From: Mobula hypostoma
Taxonomy: Eukaryota
DNA length: 64,000 bases
Assembly: GCF_963921235.1 (NCBI RefSeq)
Contig: NC_086108.1
Coordinates: 35,838,001 to 35,902,000, forward strand
Direction: 5' to 3'
Made by a program: the position numbers and the translations under genes
Shown here: positions 34,784 to 47,852 of the stretch, one piece after another
Layout: each line of letters opens with the position of its first letter
Position numbering within the stretch: position 1 is the first letter of the stretch
The notes under the pieces: generated by a model
Told to the model about the DNA's origin: nothing
Database searches by the model: none
The model's input: the letters and a program-made list of their open reading frames with translations, nothing else

Positions 34784-34874
34784 ACTCAACTATGTGATAG
34801 GTACTGTGAGTAAGCTCAGAGCAGCCATCTATATAGTCCATAGTCATCTATATCATATGCACATGGGAACACAC

Positions 34875-35150
34875 ATGGGAATTGACCCTCAAGGGGTATG
34901 CATCACTTAGGAAGGACAGGTAGGAATGGAAAGAACTTTGGCTATTTTTGCTTCTAAAAGAGGAAACCAGTGGGGTCAGAAGTGGAAAGAGTGAGCAATT
35001 TCAAGTTCCTGGGTGTCAATATCCTAACCTGGTCCCCACATATCGATGCAGCTATAAAGAAGGCAAGACAACAGCTATATTTCACTAGAGTTTGAGGAGA
35101 TTTGGTTTGTCACCTAAAACACTCAAAAACTTCTACAGATGTACCATGGA
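34875..35150 (+). repeat. Local direct duplication, copy 2
   Basis: Matches 31873-32149. Confidence 0.9.
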
Positions 35151-36257
35151 AAAATACCCTGGGTATTAATGTCATTAATGACCCTATCAAACGATGTAAA
35201 AAATCTTTCCTGATACAGAGTTACAGAGAGAGACCAAAAAGAATGGAGAAAACTAAATACCTCTCAAACTAACAGCTAGATTTTCCAGGTGATGAATTAT
35301 GATATAGACAAATATATCCATGGTTCTTCTTTACTAAAAGCAATTTTTGTTAATCTACCCCAGATTGGGTTAACCTAAAAATAAACTCAGTTTAAAAATT
35401 TGAATCCATGTAGATCTACGCTCAAGTTATTGCTAAATGTATGCTCTTGGAGGAAGATTAAACATTGAGTTCGAGCTTTGTACCAGTGGCCTCTTTCCAC
35501 CAACACCTCTCCCAATCCATCTCCAGCACTTCCATCAATCCCACCACTTTTATTTGGTGTCAGCACAGGTTTGATAAAACCAACATGCCACTGGGAATGG
35601 AAACTAATTTTGCACCCACAGTCCCAGTTGACATTTCTCAGCAAGTTCCTTGGGGCATTAAAAGATGGATTTATATTTATGCTTTTCTCACTGTTTGCAG
35701 AACATCTCATCCTCTTTTCCAGCTAATGAAGAACAACTGAAATATAATGCAGACAATATGACAGCCAATTTATTCACAGCAAACTCTAACAAAGAGTAGG
35801 GTGATAATAATTGCTTTTTGTTTTAGTAATCTCAATCAATGGTTAAAGGCAGGAGACATTTCTCTTGTTTCTTCAAAATAGCACCTTAGGAACTTTTGGA
35901 TTCACTTGAAGAAGTAGGCATAGAACATAGAACACAGAATATAGAACATAGAACACAGGACATAGAACAGAAAATATTGAACACAGAACAGTGCAGCCCA
36001 GGGACAGGCCCTACAGACTACCATGTCTGTACTGAACATGATATCAAATTAAACCACTTTTCTTCTACCTGTGCATGATCCATATCCTTTCATTTCCTGT
36101 ACATTCATGTATCTTTCTAAAAGCCACTTAAAGGCCGCATTGTATGTGCTTCCACCACTGTCCCTGACTGCTCATTCCAGGCGCGCTACCACTATCAGTG
36201 CAAAAAACTTGCCCCATACTTTTTCTCCAAACATCCCCTCCCCCATCTTAAATATAT

Positions 36258-36950
36258 AAACACAAGATGCGGGAAATCTGAAGGGCCACCCACAAAGTGC
36301 TGGAGGAACCCAGCAGGTCAGGCAGCATCTGTGGAGAAGAGTAAACTTGCCCACTCATTCCTCCCCATTGATCTCTCTGATGGCACTTACCCCTGCAAGC
36401 AGGACAGGTGCTAGACCTGCCCCTACACCTCTTCCCTCAACACCACTCAGGGCCCCAAATAATCCTTCCAGGTGAGCCGACACTTCGCCTGCGAGTCTGT
36501 CAGGTCATCTACTGTATCTGGTGCTCCCAGTGTGGCCTCCTGTATATTGATGACCCCCGATGTAAAGTGTGGTACCGTTTCATCAAACACCTTCACTCTC
36601 TCCAACACAAAAGGTGGGATTTCACAGCGGAAACCCATTTTAATCCAACTTCCCGTTGTCATTCCAACATGTCAGTCCGTTGCCTCCTCCCCTGCCGTGA
36701 TGAGGCCACACTCGTGTTGGAGGAGCAACACTTCATTTTCTGTTTGGGTAGCCTCCAATCTGATGGCATGAACGTCAGTTTCTCTCCCCTTCCTTCCCTT
36801 TCTCCCATTGCCACTGTCCTCTCCTCTCTAAATAATTCTTCTTCAACCCTTTACCTCTTCTGCCTACCAACTCCCAGCTTCTTCCATGATCCCCCTAACA
36901 CACTCACTCACCTTCCCCATCACCTGGCTTCACCTATCAGATGCCACCTG
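36258..36950 (+). mobile_element. Penelope-like fragment: GIY-YIG region preceded by an inverted pLTR piece
   Basis: ORF 36408-37004 contains VIYCIWCSQCGLLYI..HFNPTS..EEQHFIFCLGSLQSDGMN; 36258-36345 is a minus-strand pLTR arm with tail. Confidence 0.85.
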
Positions 36951-38366
36951 CCAACAAGAGGTTGGACAAACTTGGATTGTTTTCTCTGGTGTGCAGGAGG
37001 CTGAGAGGAGGCATGTCCAGGAAAGTTTCCTTAGTGAATATATAGAGGGCTCAACTCAGGAGGGTCCAATATTAGACTTTCTCTGAGGGAACAAGGTAGG
37101 GCTGGTAACTCAAGTGGCAGTTAGGGTGCACTTTGGCTCTAGTGACCACAATTCTATTAATTTTAAAATAGTGATGGCAGAGGATAGGACATGTCCTTTG
37201 GTTAAGGTCCTAAAGTAGAACAGGCTAATTTTGTGGGAATTAAGCAGATTCTTGTGGAGATCAAATGGGTGACCCTATTGAAAGGAAAAGAACAAATGGC
37301 AAGTGGCAGGCTTTTAAGAATTTGATATCAAGATTCCAGTGTCAGAATGTTTCTGTTAGGGAGGGGCAAGTTTAGGGAGCCCTCACTGACGAGAGATATT
37401 GAGGCTTTGGTCAAGGAAAGTAAAGAAGTGTGCCTTGCATTTAGAAAATCAAGGATTTGTGATTCCCTTGATGACTATAAACAGATTGAAAATAAATTTT
37501 AAGAATAAACCAGAAGAACAAAGAGAGGGTATGAAATGGATCTTATAAGTAAGGCTAGGGAAAATCCCAAAAGGTTCACAACTATATTAAGAGTAAAGGG
37601 GTGGCTAGGGAAAGAATAGGGCACCAAGGTTGTGTAAAGAAGGAGATTGGAGAGATTTTTAACAGGCACTCTTCCTCAGTGCTTACTGAGGAGAAGCTCA
37701 TGGTTGTTCAAAAGATAAGGGGAACAAATGGAGATGTTGGAGAATATTCATTTTACAAGGAAGGAGGTGTTTGCAGCCATACAGTCCATTAAGGCTGATA
37801 AATCCCCAAGGTGTTTGCATCCTTGGACTTTGTGGAAGACTAGAGAAGAGATTATGGAGACACTTCCTGAGATATTCACTTCATTATCAACCACTAGTGA
37901 AGTTCCTGAGGACTGGGAGGGAGCTAATTGTGTTCTGTTATTTAAGGGTAGAAAGGAAAAGCTAGAGAAATGCAAGCCAGTCAGTGGCTGTGAAGTTACT
38001 GGATGAAATTCTGAATGACAGGATCTATCAGGCATTTGGAAAGGAAGAGTCAGCATGACTTTCTCTGTGGTAATTCAAGCCTGACAAATATTTTAGAGCT
38101 TTTGAAAAGATATCCAAAAGGTAGGGCAGTACACTTCCGCTAATTGGACTTTATCAAGGTCTTTGACATGGTAGGCTGTTCTGGAAGGTACAGTAAGTTC
38201 ACATGGAATTCAAGGAAGGCTGTCTAAAATTGGCTTAGAGGTAGGAAACGGAGGGTAATGTTGAAATTTACTCCTGGAATGAAGGCCAGTGACTAGTGAT
38301 GCACTGCAGGGGTTGGTTCAGGAACCCTTGTAATTTGCTATTTATATAAATGATTTAGAAATGAAT

Positions 38367-41300
38367 ATAGACAATAGACAATAGGTGCAGGAGTAGGCCA
38401 TCCAGCCCTTTGAGCCAGCACCACCATTCACTGTGATCATGGCTGATCATCCACAATCAGTACCCTTTTCCTGCCTTCTCCCCATATCCCTTCACTCCAC
38501 TATATTTAAGAGCTCTATATAACTCTTTCTTGAACGAATCCAGAGAATTAGCCTCCATTGCCTTCTGAGGCAGAACATTCCACAGAACCACAACCCTCTG
38601 TGTGAAAAAGTTTTTCCTCAACTCCGTTCTAAATTGTCTACCCCTTATTCTTAAACTGAGGCATCTTGTTCTGGACTCCCCCAACATCGGGAACATGTTT
38701 CCTGCCTCTAGCGTGTCCAATCCCTTAATAATCTTATATATTTCAATCAGATCCCCTCTCATCCTTCTAAATTCCAGTGTATACAACCCCAGTCACTCCA
38801 ATCTTTCAACATATGACAGTCCCGCCATCCCGGGAATTAACCTTGTGAATTTACGCTGTACTCCCTCAATAGCTAGAATGTCCTTCCTCAAATTTGGAGA
38901 CCAAAACTGTACACAATACTCCATGGCCCTGTACAACTGCAGAAGGACCTCTTTGCTCCTATACTCAACTCCCCTTGTTATGAAGGCCAACATGCCATCA
39001 GCTTTCTTCACTGCCTGCTGTACCTGTATGCTTATTTTCAGTGACTAATGAACAAGGACACCTAGATCTTGTTGCACTTCCCCTTTTCCTAACTTGACAC
39101 CATTCAGATAGTAATCTGCCTTCCTGTTCTTGCCACCAAAGCGGATAACCTCACATTTATCCACATTAAACTGCATCTGCCATGCATCTGCCCACTCACC
39201 CAACCTGTCCAAGTCACCCTGCATTCTCATAACATCCTCCTCACATTTCACACTGCCACCCAGCTTTGTGTCATCTGCAAATTTTCTAATGTTACTTTTA
39301 ATCCCTTCATCTAAATCATTGATGTATATTGTAAACAGCTGCGGTCCCAGCACCGAGCCTTGCGGTACCCCACTAGTCACTGCTTGCCATTCTGAAAAGG
39401 ACCCATTAATCCCTACTCTTCATTTCTTGTCTGCCAACCAATTTTCTATCCATGTCAGTACCCTACCCTCAGTACCATTTGCTCTAATTTTGCACACTAA
39501 CCTCCTATGTGGGACCTTATCAAAGGCTTTCTGGAAGTCCAGGTACACTACATCCACTGGCTTTCCCACGTCCATTTTCATAGTTACATTCTCAAGAAAT
39601 TCCAGAAGATTAGTCAAGCATGATTTCCCCTTCTTAAATCCATACTGACTCGGACCTATCCTGCGACTGCTAGCCAAATATGCGCTATTGTATCTCTTAT
39701 AATTGATTCCAGCATCTTCCCCGCCACTGATGTCAGACTAACTGGTCTATAATGGCCTGCTTTCTCTCTCCCTCCTTTCTTAAAAAGTGGGATAACATTA
39801 GCTACCCTCCAATCCGCAGGAACTGATCCTCCTGAATCTATAGAACATTGGAAAATGATTACCAATGCATCCACGATTTCTAGAGCCACCTCCTTAAGTA
39901 CCCTGGGATGCAGACCATCAGGCCCTGGAGATTTATCAGCCTTCAGTCCCTTCAGTTTACCCAACACCATTTTCCGCCTGATGCGAATATCCTTCAGTTC
40001 CTCTGTTACCCTAGGTCCTCTGGCCACTATTACATCTGGGAGATTGTTTGTGTCTTCCCTAGTGAAGACAGATACAAAGTACCTGTTCAGCTCGTCTGCC
40101 ATTTCCTTGTTCCCCATGTTTACCATTTATATTGACGATTTGGAAGAGGGGACTGAGTGTAGCGTAGCAAAATTTACTGATGACACCAAACTGAGTGGAA
40201 AAGCAAATTGTGCAGAGGATGTGGACAGTCTGCAAAGGGATATAGATAGGTTAAGTGGGTGGGCCAAGGTCTGGCAGATGGAATACAATGTTGTTAAATG
40301 CGAGATCATCCACTTTGGAAGGAATAATAGAAGAGCAGATTATTATTTAAATGGTGAAAGATTGCAGCATGCTGTTGTGCAGAGGGACTTGGGAGTGCTT
40401 GTTCATGAATTGCAAAAAGTTGGCTTGCAGGTACAAACAGGTTATTAAAAAGGCAAACGGAATATTGGCCTTCCTTGCTAGAAGGATTGAATTCAAGAGC
40501 AGGGAGGTCGTGCTGCAACTATACAGGGTACTGGTGAGGCCGCACCTGGAGTACCGTGTGCACTTCTGGTCTCCGTACTTGAGGAAGAATGTACTGGCTT
40601 GGAGGCAGTGAAGAGGAGGTTCACCAGGTTGATTCCAGGGATGAAGGGGTTAACCTGTGAGGAGAGATGGAGTCGCCTGGGACTATACTCTCTGGAATTC
40701 AGAAGAATGAGAGGGGATCTTATAGAAACATACAAAATTTTGAAAGGGATAGATAAGATAGAAATAGGAAAGTTGTTTCCATTGGTAGGTGAGACTAGAA
40801 CTAGGGGACATTGCCTCAAGATTCAAGGGAGAAGATTTAGGATAGAGATGAGGAGAAACTGTTTTTCCCGGAGAGTGGTGAATCTGTGGAATTCTCTGTG
40901 CAGGGAAGCAGTTGAGGCTTCTTCACCAAATATATTTAAGATACAGTTAGATAGGTTTTTACATAGTAAGGGAATTAAGGGTTATGGGGAAAAGGCAGGT
41001 AGATGGAGCTGAGTTTACGGACAGATCAGCCATGATCATATTCAGTGGCGGGGCAGGCTCGATGGGCCAGATGGCCTACTCCTGCTCCTGTTTCTTATAT
41101 TCTTATGAAGGATGTCCATATAGAACTGAGTTGCAGAGAAATTACTTTAGTCAGAGGGTGGTAAATCTGTGGAATTTGTTGCCATGAGCGGCTGTGGAGG
41201 CCAAGTCATTGGGTGTATTTAAGGCAGAGATAGATAGGTTCTTGATTAGCCAGGGCATCAAAGGGTATGGGGTGAAAGCAGGGGAGTGGGGATGACTGGA

Positions 41301-41577
41301 AGAATTGGATCAGCCCATGATTGAATGGCGGAGCAGACTCGATGGGCCGAATGGCCTACCTGCTCCTATATCTTATGAATCTTATAATAATTTCACCCGT
41401 TTCTGTCTTCAAGGGCCCAACTTCGGTCTTAACTAATTTTTTCCTCTTCACGTACCTAAAGAAGCTTTTACTATCCTCCTTTATACTCTTGGCTAGCTTA
41501 CCTCATCTTTCCCCCTGTATTGCCTTTTTAGTTATCTTCTGTTGCTCCTTAAAAGTCTCCCAATCCTCTGGCTTCCC
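38367..41577 (-). mobile_element. Young CR1 LINE, interrupted at 40117/41385
   Basis: ORFs 39656-40126, 39420-39677, 39045-39380 (KFADDTKLGG), 38793-39011, 38457-38786; (ATAGACA)n tail; atttccttgttccccat resumes as aataatttcacccgtttc near 41386. Confidence 0.92.
40118..41384 (+). mobile_element. Two tandem CR1 3' fragments (40118-41107 and 41108-41384)
   Basis: FTIYIDDLEEG..KFTDDTKLSG; ORF 40599-41012; tails cttatattcttatg and cttatgaatcttat. Confidence 0.9.
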
Positions 41578-42689
41578 ACAAGGCTTGATCAGTAAGTTTG
41601 CAGTTGACACAAAATTAGTTCAAGTTTAACATTATTATTCAACCATACATGAATACCCATGAACACAGCCAAATGAAACAGCATTATTCCTGGGCCAAAG
41701 TGCATAACACGGCACCAATAGTCATACACACATAGCACACATAGGATAGAGAGTAAACATATGGTCACACAAAAAAAAATATCGAGCCCAGTCCCTGAGT
41801 GACAAGTCCTGTAAATAGATGGTGTGTGGGTTTTATCGGCAAGAACAAGCACTTCTCTGCAGACCACAGAGAAATGTATGCATGCACGTAACCCAAATTA
41901 TCTTCCACCAAGTTAACGCTGGAGAACAGCACCAATAGGGAGGGCAGTCCCCAGCCCAGCAAGGATGCCGTGCTACACCGTCTCCAGCATCTCCTCTCCT
42001 GGACTCTTAGGAAGTGTTGTGGATAGTGAAGAAGTTTATAATAGGTTACAGGGAAATCTTGATCAATTAGAGAAGTGGGACAAGGAGTGACCAATGGATT
42101 TCCATGCAGGCAAGTGTGAGGTGGTACATTTTGGAAAGTCAAACCAGCAAATATAGAGTTAATTGGAAGTGGCATAATGGGTAGAGAAGGTGGTGAAAAA
42201 GGTATCTGGCATTCTAGCCATCATCAGTCAGGGCAGTGAGCATCAAATTCGAGAATTATGCTGCAATTTGTATAAGCTGATGGTGAGGCTGCACATGGTG
42301 TAGTGTGTACAGTTATAAGAAGGACATAGTTAAAATGGAAAAAGTTCAGAGAAGATTTATGAGGATGTTAATAGGACCAGAGGGTCTGAGTTATAGGGAG
42401 AGGTGGGCCAGGTGGGTCTTTATTCCTCAGAGCATAGGAGAACAAAGGGCAACCACACAGAAATGTTAAGGCAGATGGCAAGAGTCTATTGTCCAGGGTA
42501 GGAGAGTCCAAAGCTAAGACTCATGTTAGCTCTTAGCTTTGGACACATAACCGTATATGTTTAGGGGCAAGAGGGGGAATGATTTAAAAAGGATTGAGGG
42601 ATAAATGCCTTGTTTCACATTTGCACACATGTAAGAGGGAAAATGTTAGAAACTATCGAATATTAAAGCAAGACACTTCGAAAATAAAG

Positions 42690-43625
42690 ACATAAATGTT
42701 AATCAAATACAATGTGGTTTTGTAAAAGGGGAAATAACGTTTGCCCACTTGATTATAGTTCTTTGAAGAGGTAATATATCCTGCGGATAAAGCCAAACAG
42801 GAAAATGCATTGTGCTTAGAATACCAGAAGGCACATGATAACGTGCTGCACATTGATATGGATTGAACTTTAGCCTGGTTATGGGATGCAGAAGCAGTTT
42901 TAAAAGGGTCCTATTATCCCAAAGAGAAGTGAGTCATGGGGATTAATGCCGAACCTTTTTAGAATTTACATAAATAACTTAGATGAAAGCATAAAAGCTA
43001 CAGTTGCTGAGTTGGCTGATGACACAAAGGGAGGTACGAAGTAAGTTGTGCAGATGACATAAAAGAATACAAATGGATAGACTGACATTAAATGGATACA
43101 GATGTGGGAAATGGAATATGATATGGAAAAATGTCAATCATCCATTTAGCAAGAAAACTAAAAATAGCATATTATCTAAATGATGAGAGGCTGCAAAGCG
43201 GTATCAAAAGTGCTTGAAGAACTCAGCAAGTCAGGCTATGCACTTTGGAGTGATATGGACAGTTGATGTTTCAGTTTGAGACCCTTTTATCTGGGCTGAA
43301 GATGAAGGGGGAGATAGCCAAAATAAAGGGAGGAGACTGCAGAGCTCTAAGATGCAGATGGATCTGGATATCCTCGTGCATGAATCACAAAAGACAGGTA
43401 TTCAGGTACAAGTAATTAGACAAGCTAACAGAATGCTCTTGTTTATTACTAAAGGAATAGAAAACAAACGTAAGGTGATTATGCTTCAGTGACCCCACAT
43501 ATTCGTGAAACTGTATCATGTACAGTATTGGCTTAGTTACTTAAGGAATGATATTCATACATTGGATACAGTTCAGAGAAGTTTATGAGACTAATACCTG
43601 GAAATGGAAGGATGTCTTATGAGGA
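42690..43625 (+). mobile_element. Decayed CR1 RT fragment containing an old PLE pLTR piece (about 43200-43330, minus strand)
   Basis: ttagaataccagaaggcacatgataac (LD.QKA.D), ttggctgatgacacaaag (ADDTK), actcagcaagtcaggc...gttgatgtttcagtttgagaccctt. Confidence 0.7.
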
Positions 43626-43651
43626 AATAATACAATAAAACACAGTATATG

Positions 43652-44130
43652 GAGTCATAGAGTCATAGAACAGAAAATTGCACAGAAACAGGCCCTTTGG
43701 CCCATCTAATCCATGCCGAACTATTATTCTGAAGAGTTCCATCAACCTGCTCCCGGACCATAGCCCTCCAAACCTTTCCCATCCATGTTCCTATCCAAAC
43801 TTATCTTAAATGTTGAAATCAAACGCACATCCACCACTTCTGCTGCAGCTCGTTCCCCCACTCTCACCTCCCTCTGAGTGAAAAAGTTCCTCCTCATGTG
43901 GCCCTTAAACATTTCACCTTTCACCCTTAACCCATAACTCTAGTTCACACCCAACCTCAGTAGAAAAAGCCTGCTTGCATTTTCCCCAATCTATACCCCT
44001 CATAACTTTGTATATCTCAATCAAATTCCCCTCAATCTCCTCTGCTCCAGGGAATAAAGACATAAGCTATTTAACCTTTCCCTATGACTCATGTTCTCAT
44101 GTCCCAACAACATCCTTGTAAATTTTCTCT
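43652..44130 (-). mobile_element. CR1 3' end
   Basis: gagtcatagagtcatag tail; ORF 43742-43924 (RRNFFTQREVRV..FKISLDRNM..EGYG). Confidence 0.85.
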
Positions 44131-45469
44131 GCTTGTACTGGATTATACTGCATATTTCCATATTTTATGAACATGACATATTTTTGGAAAAGAAATTGGG
44201 CAGCTCTCTCAGAGAGATTGGAAAGCCACAATGGATCCAGGGACAATGATGTCCTTGGAGATTCATTAAGTGCATGGTGGCTTCAGCATAACTATTAGAG
44301 GTTGATTCAGGAATGAACATTGGCCAAGGTTGTGGTCTTCCACATCTGCACCTGGGCACCGGCTGTGCTGGAGTAGGTCAGCAATTCTGACTTCTTGTGG
44401 GGATAGAACTGAGTACGGACATCCTTGCAAATGAAGTGAGACGTGCCAATGATATGCACATTAGGGACCTACTTAGAACAAAGGAGAAATGTGTGGAAAC
44501 CTAAAAATAGTTTAATCATAACTGTGCTAAAATAGAACTGGTGAAGGAATGTAGGAAGATCACAAGTCACCGATTGTGGACTGCGAGGGGAGGGCCACAG
44601 GTCAGACAGACCACAAGGATCAGAGTAACAGCATCTAAATTTGCACACAAGGTTTTAGCGATGTCATCTGAAAGGTAAACAGTGGCCAACCGCCAAATGA
44701 AAACTCATTTTGCTTGTTTAAAGGGTGTCCTGGTACATTCTCTTTTTCCAATAACTTTAGTTCGTTATCTTCTCTTGCTGATGGTAGTCTTGATTGTGCA
44801 GCATTAAACTTCTGTACTTTGTCTCCAGAATGAGATTTTAACAATCAAACCACTATGCAGGGGTACAAATGACACATTTGAAAATCCTGTCCATCCAGTC
44901 TAATTAGAATTGCATTAACCACACCCAGAGCTGTTACGCCTTTTGACAGAGAGTACATGATCAATTATAACTACAAACCAGTGCTACAGGTATTTATCTC
45001 TATTGTTAGGTATATAGTTATTTTAGTACTGTACCAAAATAGATTCTATTTGAGGTGTGGTTGATGAAGTAGAACATTCTTTTCATAGTATTCTGCACAC
45101 TAAAGTATCAAGCTGCTGATTTAATGTATTTCATCATTGCATAATTAAGTTCAAGCATGATGGAATCGCTGAGTGATAAGATAGCAAAAGTGATTCTCAT
45201 TGCAAGCAAGAACATACTGTGAAGGTGGAGAAAATCATCATTTTTTAAGTGTGAATATTCAGGTATCACATGGTATCTATTTTGCAACTAGATACCTGAT
45301 GACGCAGAGTTGTGCTTCTCACCATCTTTACACAGTTTTCAGAGGATGGGCACCTAGCAGAGTAATGTAAAACATTCTGCAGAACGTTGTGTAATTCGGA
45401 AATGCTGGCTTAATATCAGTGGTGCAGCCACCTCTGATCGCTGTTAACAAGTTGACGTCTAAAGCACAG

Positions 45470-45853
45470 CTGGCCCTTCAAGAGGATCATGACCTTGTCG
45501 GAAAAGAGGATGCTATCCAAGTTGCATGCCATCTTGGACAATGTCTCCCATCCACTACACAATGTACTGGTTGGGCACAGGAATACATTCAGCCAGAGAC
45601 TCATTCCACCGAGATGCAACACAGAGCGTCATAGGAGGTCATTCCTGCCTGTGGCCATCAAACTTTACAACTCCTCCCTTGGAGGGTCAGACACCCTGAG
45701 CCAATAGGCTGTTCCTGGACTTATTTCCTGGCATAATTTACATATTACTATTTAACTATTTATGGTGTTATTACTGTTTACTTATTTATGGTGCAACTGT
45801 AACGAAAACCAATTTCTCCCGGGATCAATAAAGTATGACTATGACTACTACTA
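45470..45853 (+). mobile_element. Rex1/Babar LINE 3' end
   Basis: ORF 45489-45707 (KLHAILDNVSHPLH..PRCNTERHRRSFLPVAIKLYN); gggatcaataaagtatgactatgact tail. Confidence 0.85.
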
Positions 45854-45864
45854 CAATCTGGAGG

Positions 45865-46251
45865 CTTGTTTGCCGTAATGACCTGGAGAGCTATGCTGGC
45901 TGGAGTCGGGTCCTTATGCTTTTGCTCTTGGTAGGGTCACCCATCCCAAACAGGTCAAAGGGTAAAGGCCAGGCTTAGAGTGTTCCACTGGATGTCCACG
46001 TTTGGGGGTTCAGCTCAGGGCTAACAACCTTGATTGGTAAAACAAAATTGTTAAAGGAACAGTAATGAAGAATCTTTCTACACCTGAGTGCGACAGCATT
46101 CCTGAGTCTCCATGTGGGACTTGCATGAGTGACAGTAGTAAAAACCAAAAGGAAGCTTTTGACGTGACGAAGGAAGGCCTGTACACCACCAGAGATGGAG
46201 AACCTTCATTGCTGCCCTAAACACCAGCGACATAATGGGCAGTAAGTAAGT
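45865..46251 (+). mobile_element. RTE (Rex3/Expander-like) bipartite non-autonomous element
   Basis: 5' UTR-like ggtagggtcacccatcccaaacaggtc...gggctaacaacc fused to a 3' end agatggagaaccttcattgctgcccta...gtaagtaagt. Confidence 0.65.
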
Positions 46252-47253
46252 TCCGATATATTGATAAATAAGTCAAATAGAAGTTGAATCAGAATTATAG
46301 AGCATGGAAGCAGGCCTTTCAGCCCAACTTGTCTGTCCTGACCTTCCTGAACTAGTGCCATTTGACTGCATTTACCTTTCCTAGCCATGAAACGGTCCAA
46401 ATGTTTTTCAAACACTTTACTTGTACCTACCTCTAGTCACCACCCTCTGTGTTACAATCCTGTCTCTCAAGTCCCCTTTTAAACTTTCCACTCTCACCAT
46501 AATCCTATACTTTTTAGATTTAGACTCCACTAGGCTGGACCATCCACCTTACTTATGCTCCTTGTGATTTTATAAACCTCTGTAAGATCACCACTCAACC
46601 TCCGAGCTCCAGGGAAAACAATCCAGACTCTTCATTTAACTCAAGCCTTCCAGTTCCAGGCAAAATCCTTGTGAGTCTTTTCTGCATTGTCTTTTGTTTA
46701 ATCACATCCTTCCTACAGAATGGCAATCAGAACTGCACACAATATTCCAAGTGTGATTTCACAAATGTCTTGTACAGCTGTAATAATGATATCCCAACTC
46801 TTCTACTCAGTGCCCCATCCAATGAAAGCAAGTGTGCCAAATCCCTTCTTCACCACTTTATCATTTTGTGTCAATACCTTCAGAAAACTAGGTCTCTCTA
46901 TTCTATAACACTCTCCAGAGTCTTGTCATTATCCCTTCCCTGGGTTAAGTTCCAAAAAAACGCATCTCCTCGCACTTGTCTGAGTTAAATTACATCTGCT
47001 GTTCCTTGGTCCACTTTCCCAATTGACATTAGACTCTGTTGTAGCCTTAGACAATTTCTTCACTGCCTACCGCACCACCAATTTTGGCATCATATGCAAA
47101 CTTACTAATCATACTGTTTACATTTTCATCCAGATCATTAATATTAATGACAAACAGGGGACCCAGAACTCAACCCTGTGGTACACCATTCCAATCTAAA
47201 AATAATCCTCCTCTCTCACACTCTCACTCTTACCACCAAGCCAATTTTGTATC

Positions 47254-47852
47254 GAAACAACAGGAATTCTGCAGATGCTGGAAATTCAAGCAACACACAT
47301 CAAAGTTGCTGGTGAACGCAGCAGGCCAAGCAGCATCTATAGGAAGAGGCGCAGTCGACGTTTCAGGCCGAGACCCTTCGTCAGGACTAACTGAAGGAAG
47401 AGTGAGTAAGGGATTTGAAAGCTGGAGGGAGAGGGGGAGATGCAAAATGATAGGAGAAGACAGGAGGGGGAGGGATAGAGCCGAGAGCTGGACAGGTGAT
47501 AGGCAAAAGGGGATACGAGAGGATCATGGGACAGGAGGTCCGGGAAGAAAGACGGGGGGGGGGTGACCCAGAGGATGGGCAAGAGGTATATTCAGAGGGA
47601 CAGAGGGAGAAAAAGGAGAGTGAGAGAAAGAATGTGTGCATAAAAATGAGTAACAGATGGGGTACGAGGGGGAGGTGGGGCCTAGCGGAAGTTAGAGAAG
47701 TCAATGTTCATGCCATCAGGTTGGAGGCTACCCAGACGGAATATAAGGTGTTGTTCCTCCAACCTGAGTGTGGCTTGAACGTCGACTGCGCCTCTTCCTA
47801 TAGATGCTGCTTGGCCTGCTGCGTTCACCAGCAACTTTGATGTGTGTTGCTT
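47254..47852 (-). mobile_element. Short Penelope insertion: tailed pLTR, 3' UTR and endonuclease tip, then an inverted pLTR arm; 12-bp TSD
   Basis: 47290-47777 is collinear with 647-1139; 47779-47852 is the reverse complement of 47288-47362; TSD caattttgtatc at 47242-47253 and 47853-47864. Confidence 0.93.
47352..47393 (-). ncRNA. Minimal type I hammerhead ribozyme, intact core
   Basis: Reverse complement cagttagtc-ctgacga-agggtctcggcct-gaaa-cgtc-gactg. Confidence 0.75.

Larger units (their letters stand above)
37000..42600 (+). mobile_element. Old CR1 LINE hosting nested insertions (pieces about 37000-38366, 41578-41615, 42005-42600)
   Basis: atattagactttctc (ILD.L), ggctctagtgaccacaat (GSSDHN), KADKSP..PEDW in ORF 37728; tatataaatgatttaga before 38366 resumes as atcagtaagtttgcagttgacacaaaa (ISKFA.DTK) after 41577. 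Confidence 0.8.

Noticed and set aside
39855..40448. 197-aa ORF as a novel protein
   Set aside because: Chance fusion of an antisense CR1 frame with a sense CR1 RT frame across the insertion junction at 40117/40118.
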